From Vicugna vicugna (Eukaryota), in the NCBI GenBank assembly GCA_013265495.1, contig MU058213.1, positions 7,022,066 through 7,086,065 on the forward strand: a stretch of 64,000 nucleotides of DNA, in the 5' to 3' direction. The position numbers were made by a program, and so were the translations under genes. Below, piece after piece: positions 38,471 through 50,270 of the stretch. The notes under the pieces were generated by a model that did not search any database, had not been told where the DNA came from, and saw only the letters and a list, made by a program, of their open reading frames with translations. Each line of letters starts with the position of its first letter. Position 1 is the first letter of the stretch.

Positions 38471-39342
38471 ATGACAGACACCCAGCAGGATTGACAACCT
38501 GTTTTAATAACACAGGATAATGTCAAAGAACTTTCTTGCCAAACTGTTTCAGGGTGGGAAAATAAATTCTTTTAACTGCTTTTCACAAATTGCCCCTCAT
38601 TCTCACGTGTGTTCGTATTGTCAACTGTTTCTAGTCAAATAATCTATATACTTCTAGTTCCTGCAGCAGAGGCCATATCTGGGAGAAAAAAGGAGCAAAA
38701 AGTATATAATATTGTCGCCTTCTCTCCTACATTGTAAGTTCTCCTTGTATAAAATAGGTATTCCAGGGAAGAAAGACATTCAGTCCCTGGTCTATTTCTT
38801 CTTTTCTAACATCCATATTCATTTTTTACCTAGAAAAAAAAATGTTAAAATTCCAAGCAAAAGTCCTTACACATAAGGTGTGAATAAATGACTCTGTTAT
38901 ACAAGGGCTGACTTGGCTATGAGTAGGAGAAAGGTGGAAAGAGAGGGCGTCAGGAGGTAACACAGAGAATGTCGACAGAACAGAGGTGAAGCTGATCGCA
39001 ACAATTCTCTTTGAACAGCTCCTGCCCGTTTTTTTCACAGATTCCACATGCAGCGGGTGATGTGGCGCTGCTTTATACTCAACTACAGCCATCAAAAATT
39101 CTCTCTGCCAAACTTTCAGCGGAGGATTCCGCACCGTGTAAGTGCAAGCCATTTCATTTTTACAGGGGCCTAATTAACGTGTTTCCATCCACATTTGTTC
39201 CGTAAACCAGACCATAAAAAGTTACCATTTACAAATTTTGCAAGCGATCGATTCCACTGCCCTAATAGGAGAAAAATGTCATTTGGAAATTACTGTCGTG
39301 CTGAATTAGCACATCAGCAGCCCATTTCAAAAATCACGTTGT

Positions 39343-39481
39343 GGGAGGAGGGTACAGCTCAGTGGTAGATGAGTGCTTAGCATGCACAAGGTCCTGGGTT
39401 CAATGTCCAGTACCTCCATTAAAAAATAAATAAATAAGTAAATATACCTAATTACCTCCCCCTACCAAAACAAATTTTTTT
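39343..39481 (+). mobile_element. Vic-1-type SINE, full length
   Basis: gagggtacagctcagtggtagatgagtgcttagcatgcacaaggtcctgggttcaatgtccagtacctcc...cctaattacctcccc. Confidence 0.92.
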
Positions 39482-39997
39482 AATCTCATGGTAGAGACCA
39501 ACCTAGATGCTTACCTAGATACTGGAAAGGAGAATTTCTCTACCAATTAGCTAAATTTCTTAATTTTAAAAGCCCAACGTTTCAGCTGTCCCCATCCCTA
39601 TTCAAAAGATCTAAGAAGTAGTTTCATAAGACGGCCAGTTTCTCCCGCACCAACAGACACAGGCAGCGAGGGAGAAACTGCTCACCGTCAGGAGGATTAG
39701 TCCATTAATTGAGCATCCAAAGCTCCAGGTAACATCCAGCCTCAAGTGAGTAACCCCAGCTGCCGCCACTCTTGACGACATAAAGGGAGCACTGTTTCAC
39801 TGTCAGCACATAGTGAAATGTTTACAGTTTTCTGTTCTGTTCCTTCATGCATCTCGAAGTTACGATCACCTTGTAACACAGGTTTTGGGTTTTGTTGTTT
39901 TTTTTTTTTAATTCTTTTCACATTTGGATGATGTTCATTCTTAACTTGTGGAAAAACAAAACTTTCAATATAGTTGTAATAAACAATAGATTTTTGG

Positions 39998-40193
39998 AAA
40001 TATACACAAAATGTTATGATAAATCACAGAGAAAAAAATGTGACAATGAGTGTGTATATGTCCATGAATGACTGAAAAATTGTGCTGAACACTGGAATTT
40101 GACACAACACTGTAAAATGATTATGAATCAATAAAAAATGTAAAAAAAATAAAAATAAAAAAGAATAAAGTAATGCCATTTGCAGAAAAAAAA
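39998..40193 (+). mobile_element. Young L1 3' end with short extra segment after the tail
   Basis: Perfect 17-bp TSD aaacaatagatttttgg (39981-39997 / 40194-40210); two aataaa plus A-tract units. Confidence 0.9.
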
Positions 40194-42109
40194 AAACAAT
40201 AGATTTTTGGTTTCAAAATCTCTCCCTCCTTTTTTTCCTCTTAACTTCTTTGTCCCAAGAAAAGCTGGGCTTTTTTTTCTTTTTTTTTAACTTTTCTTAT
40301 GTTATCAAGTAGAAACAGTGTTCCCAAGCAGAGAGGCAGTGGGTAAAGCAGGTGAAACTTGCTCCACTGTGGGAAAGCAGAGTGACCTGCTGCACTGCTC
40401 GGGCAGATGTGAACACCCACAGCCACTCAGGACAGAAAACAGAATCTGGGTCTGATGCCTCACTAAGAACATCTCTGGGAATTATCCAAAGTTAGGAACC
40501 TGTGCAACAGTATTAGTGACCCCTCAAAAGTAAAGCGCCACTCACAACCCAGAATGGTAGACTTTTTCTTTCCTAAAGAAATACATTATGTGAACATTTT
40601 TTAAATATCCTAACAGATATTTCAGGTAGGCGTGCCTGAATTTTAACTTGCTTATTAAAAGGTTTGGACAGTCATATTTAAGTTTCATGGCCATTCTATG
40701 GAAATGACCATTCAGAAGGGAAAAAAAAACCAATCGAGGGAAACACTGGCCAAGTTTTTTGTTTGCCGGCTTAAAAAATTGATTTTCCCTTCTTGTGAAA
40801 GGCGTTCATACATTTATGGGACTCTGCCCACTGTCCTCCATCTCTTTCTATTTCCTCAACAGCAACAACCCAGGAATAAAATGTATAAGGCATCACGTAT
40901 TAGCATCCTCCAAACTCATTCCTCCACCACCTACTGATCATGCAGCACTGGTTACTACTGAAGATTTCATACACTTCATAACTACGGTTTCTGATCTATA
41001 ACTTTATCTAAAATCAAAGATAAGGTACATGGAGAGGAAAGTAAGAATTTAGATTTCCTTTTTACATCCTCAATGGCCAAGACACCTAACGGATGTCCTT
41101 TCACATTTTTAATCCCAGCTCCCTAGAAGCAAAATGGGTGAGTATTCACAGCAGAAAACAAAGACAGGAAAATAAAAAGAATAATTTCATGCCACAACTA
41201 TTATCATAAGCGATAAAATGGCTAGTTAGAAGGCAATTCACACTTTAACCACTTTTGGAAACAGATGGTTGTAAATGTGACTAATTTTCCTCAACATTTA
41301 ACAGCAACATCAGAAATTAAACATGTTACAGAAACCATTATGGTTCAGCCCCACCCCTGTCACTAACAGTGCTGTCTATTAGGGAAGTCATATCGCAGTG
41401 ATGTATTTACATTATTGGAGGAGGAAGCTTGAAGAAAGAAAAGAATCAGCTACCACTTCGTACTCCTAAGCAAAGGCTGGCCCTTCCTTTCCTGGTTCAA
41501 ACCAAACACTTGCTTGCTGGTTTCCCTTCTGACCAAGAAAGTTGGTGGATGGATCAACCTGAGGTTTTAAAATAAATTTCCTAAGCTAGAATCCTGATCC
41601 ATTCCCAGAAGTACACTTCTACTTTGGACGAATAAAGATACCTTACTTGTAAAATGTCTTGGTCTATCAGATAATAAAAAGGCTTGAAGCAGCAATTCCA
41701 ACTCCAATCCTGGTTTTGTCTGAACCTACAGCAAACAGTCCAGGAAGAATGGGAATTTACACACGCGAAGAACCCCTCCTGGTGGCCTGCTTGGCCCCGG
41801 TGCCAAGTACAAGCCTAGACCAGCACTGACTATGCTGACCTTTCCTGACCAGACAGCTTGGGGGAGATTCATCTCCCCCAGCCCTTCGTGCTGACACATG
41901 GCTCAGAAGCTACAAGAATGTGAAATGCTTGTAAAGGTGTTTTCTGAAACCCTTTGCTCCAAAGATGGGATGATCATTAATCTCTTTCTTTTTTGAGGGA
42001 TGCAGTAAAGATGCTTTATGAATAAACAAAGATATAAACGTTGTGTTTGAACTTCAAAACGTCCACTTCAAAACAAGCAGGGGGATACGGTGTCACCTAC
42101 GAATCCCAA

Positions 42110-42395
42110 CAAAGGGGGAGTGACGGGGAGAGTTCTGAGAAGGGCGGATGGGGTGAGGAAGAGGACAGGGAACCTGGGGAGCTCAAGGCCTTCGGGTCCT
42201 TCAGTCTGAGAAGACGGAGAAGGAAAAGGGGAGTGATGGAAGGCTTTACGGTCACAAGGAACAGAGACAGCATCATCGAGAGCTTGTCCACAACCTTCTG
42301 GAACAGAACTGGGTGGGGTGGGAACATAAAAAGAAAGGCCACTTTGATACTGCAAACAGACGCATGTAGGATAAAACACTGCTTTCCATGGTAAA
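42110..42395 (+). mobile_element. CR1-class LINE relic
   Basis: Translates ELKAFGSFSLRRRRRKRGVMEGF, similar to the CR1 ORF2 C-terminal motif ERLKELGLFSLEKRRLRGDMI. Confidence 0.55.
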
Positions 42396-42627
42396 CTGAC
42401 GCAACTAATTAATTCCCTCAAACCACCCCCCTTTTTGCGATGACTACAGGGGCTAATATCTGAAAAGCTCTAGGAGAGTATATCTACTCAGTGATCAATG
42501 AGTACTTATCATCAGCATCATTCATTCCTTCTACCAGATGAGAAGATCCTTAAGGGCTGGGACATAGCTCACTCACATTTTCACATTTTAATTCCCCCAC
42601 AGGGCCCAGCACAGTGCCCCGCACATG

Positions 42628-42836
42628 CAATGTGTGTCTGCTGGCCAATGCTTCACAACCAGCCCTCCAGGGACGGGGAAAACCGATCTGTAGTGATTGC
42701 CAGTTTCCACGGTGTAAAGACACCCATCAGGGCAAATTCCAAGCAATCAAGATGATGTCACTGAAAGCAGTGCTGGGAAGAGACTCATATCGTCAGTTCT
42801 TGGGGGCTGTAAAAACTGCTCCAGCCCACAAGTGGG
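42628..42836 (-). mobile_element. hAT-Blackjack MITE (MER63A-like) inside an L2 tail
   Basis: gccagtttccacggtgtaaagacaccc...tgatgtcactgaa...gctccagcccacaagtgg; L2-like flanks on both sides. Confidence 0.8.
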
Positions 42837-44483
42837 TGCTCTGCATAAATAATTATGGAATTGAAAATGGGGCCAAGCCTTAAATGATTTTATCCCATGG
42901 TCAGTAAAGAGCCAGGCGCACGACTATTAGGAGCAGAGGCATCCATTCACCACCATCTGCACCATTAGTAAAATAACCAGCTTTTTCTCTCAGCCAAGAA
43001 TTTGACCTCTTTGTTGCTCAGATGTCACTATTACCAAAGAATTCTACGTGTAACTTTAGCAGAAAACCTTGTCACTACAGGCAACACATGAACTACATGC
43101 ACTAATTAAAAAAAAAAAGAGTATGTGTAATGGTATTCATTGTTAACAATAAAATGGACACTACGGGTTAATAAACCAATAACACTAAGTAACTAATAAA
43201 TGAAATGAATATGAGTCACTCAAGAGAAGAAACCACAAAGCACTAGAACACTTACTGAATTCTCAGTTAATATAATCAGTCCTTGGGAAGATGCCTTCCT
43301 TGTACACAGGCTCATGGCCCTGGTGGCCCTCTCTGGTCCACACGGACCCCCTCCCAATCCTAGTCTAGTCCTGCTCCAGGCCCCCCCCAACACAAGCTGC
43401 CTCAGCCACCTGGGCCACCCACGGATGCAGGTCGCCCTGGGGGTTCTGCCCCCCGCCTCTCACTGAGCTCTTCCTAATCCTTTCTGAAGGTATTCAGAAG
43501 CAGAACTACACCTCTAACTGCTGTGCAGCTTAGCAAAGTTAGTCTCTGAAATCTGTGACTGAAATCTTTGTTTTCTGTTTCTTTTCTTTCAAAATCAGCC
43601 TCATCTTTGGTTGCTTTCATCTGAACGGAAACACTGTATTTTTTTTCTCATCTCCATTTCAAATTCCTCAGCCTTTCTTGGTCTCTCTCTCTCAGCCTCC
43701 ACTCCCTCGACCTGTCTCAACCTGTGAGTGTGCATCTGTGTATGTACGAGTATGAGTGTGTGTGTGTCTGTGGTCCTTAGTCAGAATGCCTCCTTCGGCA
43801 TGAGGCGTCCTTGCAATGAAAAGCTCTTCACAGTTAATGCCTCATAACTGACCTCCTTCCTTTAAGAAGTCCGCATACTTTAGGAAGAAATCATTGTACT
43901 CTGCCTGAATGTCATGTGTCTCCTAGTCCCACCCACAACTTGTGGACACCTCTGTCTGAACGTCTTTCCCTCTCAGTCCCAGTTAGAACGGCTCACACCT
44001 CTCTTTTCGTTAAGGAACACATGTAGCTTTCTAGGTCCAATAAACAGACAACCGAGACTGCAAAAAATAGACTCACCAACTTCACCAAATACAGTAAAAT
44101 GTTTGTGCAACTGGGGTTCAGATCAGAGACATTCAAAAAAGCCTATGCATCTGATTTCATTGAGTCTTTTGTTCTAATACCAGGTGACATTCATCAGTGG
44201 ATTAGTCTACAGATTATTAAATCTCACCAAGGAAGCTTCTACACTCTTGCTTTCCTTGGCAGAAATAAATCCACTGTTTAATATATGTGTGGAGACAAAT
44301 TAATTCTTCTCTCTCTAGATAATTCCTGCCAGAGAGAGTTCTATCATACCATACATCATGCAGATGCTTTAAAAATAAGTGTCTTATTTTTAGCAGTCAT
44401 TAAAAGCATTTGTAAAATTGATGAATTCTGGAGTCTGCACCCAAGTAGGAGGAAAAACAGGACCAATTTAAAAAGAGGCCTTG

Positions 44484-44656
44484 ACAAGGGAGGACCAAAG
44501 CTTTATGGAACCATGTAATATGGGAGGCCCTGTTTAGGAAAACACAATAATGAATACAAAATTAGGTACAAAAGAAAATGTTTATTTAAAATTGGTATGT
44601 CCAAGTGAGGAGTCCTGAAAATCAAGTTTCATAAGCTTCACAGCAACCCACCTCCC
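44484..44656 (+). mobile_element. hAT MITE (MER53-like)
   Basis: gggaggccctgtttaggaaaa...gaatacaaaattaggtacaaaagaaaatgtttattta...ttcataagcttcac. Confidence 0.75.
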
Positions 44657-44699
44657 ACCCAGGTTTTCCTAAGAGCAAGTCCCTACCCGTGCTTTCTTC

Positions 44700-44885
44700 A
44701 TGTTAAACCCATGACCCAGGGGAGCCCACTTAATCATCGTTTCAACCCTCAGAAAAAGCTTCATTGAAAACTTGAGGAGACCAAGGCCAAGAAAGGTTGA
44801 GTAACTTGCCCAAGGTCATACTACCACAGAGGACAGATTCAGGACCTCCAAAGGCCAAAAGAAGATTTAGCAGTCTTGCTTCTGC
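44700..44885 (-). mobile_element. MIR SINE
   Basis: tgaggagaccaaggccaagaaaggttgagtaacttgcccaaggtcatac. Confidence 0.75.
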
Positions 44886-45596
44886 CATTTCCCAACATTA
44901 TTTTTATTCCATCCTAACTCGCCCAAGAGAAAAGGCACAAGAGTGTTTAAAGTGCACATAAATCTGGACCTTGAAGCTGCACCGAAGATACTCCATCATT
45001 AGGTCTTATGTTTTCATCCCCAATTGCTCCAGTTCAATCCTCCCAAACACAATGAGCCCCTTCATCAGTCATGGCCAAATGGGTTTCGAGTGGATGAAAG
45101 TTATAGCTGCTGGCTGTGGGGTTCTCTAAATTCAGATCATTTCGAATGTCAAACTGGCACTTAACAGGCAACAGCTGAGAATCTGACTTGATTTTATTTT
45201 GGAGTAAAATCCTTTCCAAGCTAAGGTATTATACTATAATTCCTCACATTACCTAGAAGTGTCATCAAATAGAAAATAAAGATATTTCTCACCTCCTTAA
45301 GTAATTCAGAAACAGTGGGGATGATCCTTCTAATGTGGAAAGCTCAGGGATAAAGTTGCTCACTTTCAAAGGGAGCATTAACTTCAGCAGGACCCAGAGG
45401 CTATCAGGCAGAGGGAAACAGGGAATTTAACAAACGGAGCCTAAGAGGTAGAGAGCGCTAAATACCTAACAAATTCACCACCAAATATCATTTAAAACTG
45501 AAATTAGAGCCACAGAGAATTGTGCAGACATGAATTAAGCTAATCAAGAGTGTTTACCTAACATACTGTACTTCACACACAACAGACACAGACAGA

Positions 45597-45620
45597 GACA
45601 CACACACACACACACACACA
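45597..45620 (+). repeat. (CA)n microsatellite
   Basis: Direct reading. Confidence 0.95.
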
Positions 45621-45746
45621 GAGCGTGACCACGACAACAGCACTGCCCTGTTCCAACAGAGGAGAGAGAGCTCACAGCTTGTCCATGTCATCCCTACTTT
45701 CAAGGCAATTTAAGAACAGCTCATTTAACAATAAAGAACCACTTGT

Positions 45747-46016
45747 GGGTGGGTAGGGGAGGGTACAGCTCAGTGGTAGAGCATGTGCTTAGCATGCACG
45801 AGGTCTGGGTTCAATCCCCAGTGCCTCCACTAAAAATAAGCAGATAAGAAAGAATCTGGAAATGTATATATACATGTATGTATATGTATAAATGAATCGC
45901 TTTGCTGTACACCTGAAACTAAACTATTAATCGACTATACTTCAATAAAAGATAAGAATTTTAAAAATTCAAAAATAAACCCAATTACCTCTCCCCTCAA
46001 AAAAATTTTTTTAAAA
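45747..46016 (+). mobile_element. Vic-1-type SINE interrupted by an L1 3' end (about 45840-45970)
   Basis: SINE head 45747-45839, L1 terminus (gctttgctgtacacctgaaactaa...gactatacttcaataaaa), SINE tail (cccaattacctctcccc); TSD aaagaaccacttgt / aaagaaccatttgt. Confidence 0.9.
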
Positions 46017-47199
46017 AAAGAACCATTTGTTAAGTCAGTTACTGGGGAGAAAGAAAAAAGAGAAACTGAGGGAGAAAAGCATTGTTTTCTGACATTCAGG
46101 CTGGCCCAGACACCTAGAAAAATTATCCTGATGAACACTGAGTGCCCTACTGCTTCAAAAACCTCTTTCCTGTAACCAAATGGCCAGCTTTCTCCTAGAG
46201 ATGTGCTCTATGTTACAGTGTGGGCATGGGCACCAAGGGTAAGTCTAACAGGACTGATGAGGAAGGAACCCAAAGTCAGGCTCATGTAAGCTTGTCTGAA
46301 CTGAAGGGACCCCAAATGCAACAAAATCTCAGTCACATCACTTGCCAAGGAGCCGAACTTGGCAAGGATTAAGTGTGCTTTGAGCCTCATACATAGCTAT
46401 TTTTTTCAAGAATCCAAAAGACCCCTTTGGAGGTCACTTAAACTCTCTGAGCATCACTTTCTTTTTTCCTCCAAATATTTGCTGAACATCTACCACATGC
46501 CAGGCACTGGGTAGGTGTTCTATGCAGACTGTCACTCATCACTGACTACCTTGTTTATCCTTCTGAACCCAGGACCTAGCACAGTACCCGGCACAAAGCA
46601 GGTGGCTCAAAACTGGCATCATCATCATCATCATTCTTGTTAATGGTAGAGAAGTTCACAGTGACCTAGATGTGAGCATTTTTCGGAGGTGTGCTCCTTT
46701 AAGGTTCATGGAATCCATTAGTCCTGATCCTAGTGGCTGTCAACCGCCCAGGGGGTGGTTTAGAGGGGAGCAGGGCAGAGCGAATGACTTTATCAGGGTT
46801 TTCCCTCTCACCATTCTCCATACAAGTGACAAAAGCATGTTGCTGCCAGGCTAAAATGACTTAACCTGTTACTGGTTAGAAAAATTATTCTTGCATTTCT
46901 TCATCAGAAACCTACAGTGTGGCTTTTTAAGGGAGGCCTGCGTGTTTCACACTAATGGCTTCTAAGTCAAATTACAAGAGATTTAATTAAGAACATGACG
47001 GTTTTACATGACATCTCTGAGTGACCCTCCATGCCACGCTCTGCTATGGGCAGTTTATATTCATCAACTCACTTAAATCTCATCACTTTCTCTTGGGGTA
47101 TTACTGGCTTCATGCCCCATATACAGGTAGAGAAACTAAACAGGCTACCAGGAGGCCAGAAAAGATGAGCAGGGAAGCTTGGGAGGCAAGTCCAAGGAG

Positions 47200-47410
47200 A
47201 AGCCCTTCTTCAAGTGAAGCAGAGAGTTAGGGACACTCCACAGACAGCAACTGGGGTGAGGGAGATAGGTAATTTGGTGAGCTAAAAGTCTTAGGGCTCT
47301 TTAGCCTGGGAAGATGGAGAATTAAAGGAGAAATGATCACAGACTATAAACTCATGAAAAGTAAGGAGCCCATAAACATGGGTTTGTTCCCAAAATGATA
47401 GACTGGAGAC
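47200..47410 (+). mobile_element. CR1-class LINE relic
   Basis: gagctaaaagtcttagggctctttagcctgggaagatggagaattaaaggagaaatgatcacagactataaa (ELKVLGLFSLGRWRIKGEMITDYK). Confidence 0.7.
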
Positions 47411-47905
47411 AGAAGATGTGAGGTGAGGTGAAAAGAGAATGGATCGGATGCAATCACCTAAAGAAAATCACTAAAGAGAAAAAGATGAAGGGCAAAGTCA
47501 AGATGCAGAAGTACCCAAGGAGGACAGATGTCTACTAGACACATTTTTGTCAATTCTCTACTGGGTTTCTAGCTTCATGCTAAGCTCTTTCCTAATGATC
47601 TTACTTGATCCTAACGACAGCCCCTGCAGGGAGAGCATCGAGTTCTTTTTTCAGAGCTGCTCAAATGCTTGGTCAATTAAATTCAGTTGCAGTGACTGCA
47701 TTCCACAAGAACAGCTAGGTTATTTCTGAGTTCTCAGTGATGTCTCCAAATCCATGCTCCTGGTCACTCAGTCTTCGTGTTTACCTATTTCTCTGTTTCC
47801 ATTTCACCTTAACTGGATTTGGAGTAACTCTGCCATTATGAACAACTGTGCTCACCCAGACTCTGTCATCTGCTTTCAAGTGGAACCCCCACCAGTTTCC
47901 TCATC

Positions 47906-48255
47906 TGTTATGGACTGAATTCGTAAGTTGCAACTCTACCTTCCCATGTGACAGTATTAGGAGTGACTGGGAGGTAATTAGGAATAGATGAGGTCACAAG
48001 GGGTGAAGCCCTCATGAATGGGATTAGTGCCCTGCTAAGAGTTATGAAACAGCATGCTTCCCCTCTCTGCTCTCCACCACAGAAGGACACAGTGACAAGT
48101 CAGCAGTCTGCAACCCAGGAGAGGGCCTCACCAGAACCCACCACGATGGCACCTTGATCTTGGACTTTCAGCCTCCAGAGCTGTGAGAAAAATTTCTGCT
48201 GTTTTTCACCTAGTCTATGGTAGTTTTGTCAGAGCAGCCCAAACTGACTTCGACA
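47906..48255 (+). mobile_element. MaLR solo LTR (MLT1A0-like)
   Basis: tgttatggactgaat...gccctcatgaatgggattagtgccct...gatcttggactttcagcctccaga...gaca; 5-bp flanks tcatc / tcatt. Confidence 0.92.
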
Positions 48256-48284
48256 TCATTTTGCAGAAACACAGGGTTTCTTCA

Positions 48285-48316
48285 AAACAAACAAACAAAC
48301 AAACAAACAAACAAAA
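48285..48316 (+). repeat. (AAAC)n microsatellite
   Basis: Direct reading. Confidence 0.9.
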
Positions 48317-48499
48317 AACATAAACCAATAAAGCAAAGAAAGCTATTTATGTGTCTAATAGCAAAATGTAATGTGATGGAGCCAAAGGAAGTCTTTGAGA
48401 GCTAGATTAATAAGCTGCAGGTATTTATTAAGGTGGTATTTAGCTACAATAAACGTTAAGTGTCTCTACTTTGGTTGAAAAAAAAATTGTCAATGTATA

Positions 48500-49190
48500 G
48501 GTTTATCCTGCTAAAAAGAGAAAAACTTAGGAGAGATTTGGTCAACAATTAATCCAGTATGAATCACCAATTTAATGTAACTTCCAGAGACAGAGTGACT
48601 TGGGCCTCATTAACAGCTATTCTGAACAAATCAGAACCCACCCGGCACCCACCCGCCACTTGAACATTGCTTTCACTTCTAGAAGCTACGCCGGGAACAA
48701 GCTATAGCTTGTTCAAGGCCAGTGACCACAACAGTGAAGAGATTCAAGCTCTGTCACCTAAAGAATGGTTGAAGCTAATGGGAATATTTAGCTTAAAACA
48801 CTGAGAGGAAGACTAGGGATCAAAGAGAGACAACAGTTGTTCTCAATTATGCAAAGGGCTCCCATGAGGAGAACTGGTTTGTGCTGGTTTGTGCTATACA
48901 ACGCCAAGGGGCAGAACAAGACACAGTAAGGGCAATAATAAAAGCAGTTTCCTTTTGTTGTGGCCCTTCTCTGTGTCGGATACTACACGAGGTACGTTAT
49001 ATTCATTATCCCATTTAATTGTTACAACAATCCTGATATTAATAAGTGGTAGTTACCAAGAAACAGATTTAAAACCAACACACAGGATAAGATTCTAACA
49101 ATGAGAGCCGCCAGAGGTGAAGTAGGCTGTGCTGAAAGATGCGGGGTGTCCTGTCACTGGAAATGACCAATTATGTGCTGGAAAACCCTA
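48500..49190 (+). mobile_element. CR1/L3 LINE relic interrupted by a minus-strand MIR (about 48930-49040)
   Basis: gaatggttgaagctaatgggaatatttagctt...ccaaggggcagaacaagac, resuming ggtagttaccaagaaacagattt...cctgtcactggaaatg. Confidence 0.75.
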
Positions 49191-50178
49191 GGACTTGGTA
49201 AAATAATAATAAAAAAAGATATCAATAAGGAAAACAGATGTCTCTGAATGAATGAAACAGAGGAATGCAAAACAGACTAGGAGAAATCAAAACATTTCAA
49301 GGAAAGTGAGATGGCAGTAATAGAAATCGAGACATCTTCAGTAACAGAACAAATTCTCCTCTGGACTGGCTGATTTCTTTGTGGTCTGTTAACAACGGCT
49401 GAAGCAACAGGGCAAATGAGCCCTTGGGGCAACAAGCACCCTCCCAGTTTTGTGGAAAAACTTCAGGCAAAGTGCTGGCTTCTCCGGACTCTTTCAGCGC
49501 TTGACAGCTCCCAGATTCTAGAATCCCACAGAAGAGAAGCCTCCAAACCCCCGTGGGTCCAACCACTTCAAGCGGCTACTCCTCTCATAGTGGTAATGAC
49601 TAAAATTGTGTGCATGCCAAAACGGCCCCGGTTCACTTGCTAGGAAACAGCATCATGTACTCTGGAAGGACCTGGACGGTCGGAACGCCTACCAGCAGCA
49701 ATGAAAACTATGTGGAAGTGAGTAATCCGGAACTTTAAAAACAACGGTGCAAGTATTCTGGATACTTAGGATAAGGTGTGCGACGGCGTTCAGTTTTAGA
49801 AAACCACATCCAAGGCCCGCATTTGTGCTTCTTCTTGCCTTTTGTGTGCTCTTCGCCTAAAGCAGCAATTGGGAATTTTCTCTAAGATGTGCTTCCTACA
49901 AGAAAGGGAAGAGGGAAGGGAGGGAAGGGAATGTGAGAGAGCAGAGAGCAATACAGAGGGGGAGGGAGAAAGACACCTGCCAAGAGCGGGGTTGTGCCCC
50001 CTTCAAGAAGGCGCCCACGGAACGATTCCCCCTGAATCACTGCAGTGTGGGAGTTCTACGTGAAGCAGCTCAGGAGACAAACAGAAGACACAAATGTCAA
50101 CTGTCGCCACACACTGCTTCCTGACTCTCGTCTCAGAAACAGAAAGAGGAAAGGGAGTGGGTATCAAGTTAGTATCAA

Positions 50179-50270
50179 GGGGGAGGGTACAGCTCAATGG
50201 GCCTCCATTTTAAATAAATAAACAAACAAACAAACAAACCTAATTATCACCCAAAAAATAAAATTTAAAA
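50179..50270 (+). mobile_element. Internally deleted Vic-1-type SINE
   Basis: ggggagggtacagctcaatgg joined to gcctccatt...aaacctaattatcaccc; the central tRNA-like part is missing. Confidence 0.8.

Noticed and set aside
40546..41725. Minus-strand exon-like units 40546-40572 (27 nt) and 41647-41725 (79 nt)
   Set aside because: Plausible splice sites but unrecognised peptides; expected by chance in 64 kb.
42041..42421. Overlapping 117-aa ORFs on both strands
   Set aside because: Explained by a purine-rich CR1-like relic with low stop density.
44076..44110. LHKHFTVFGEV peptide resembling RRM/cyclophilin motifs
   Set aside because: Only 11 residues, in-frame stop just upstream, weak acceptor.
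46742..46760. CTCF-like motif
   Set aside because: Three mismatches in core positions.
49644..49717. Plus-strand exon-like unit ending GAA/gtgagt
   Set aside because: Poor pyrimidine tract; no recognisable product.
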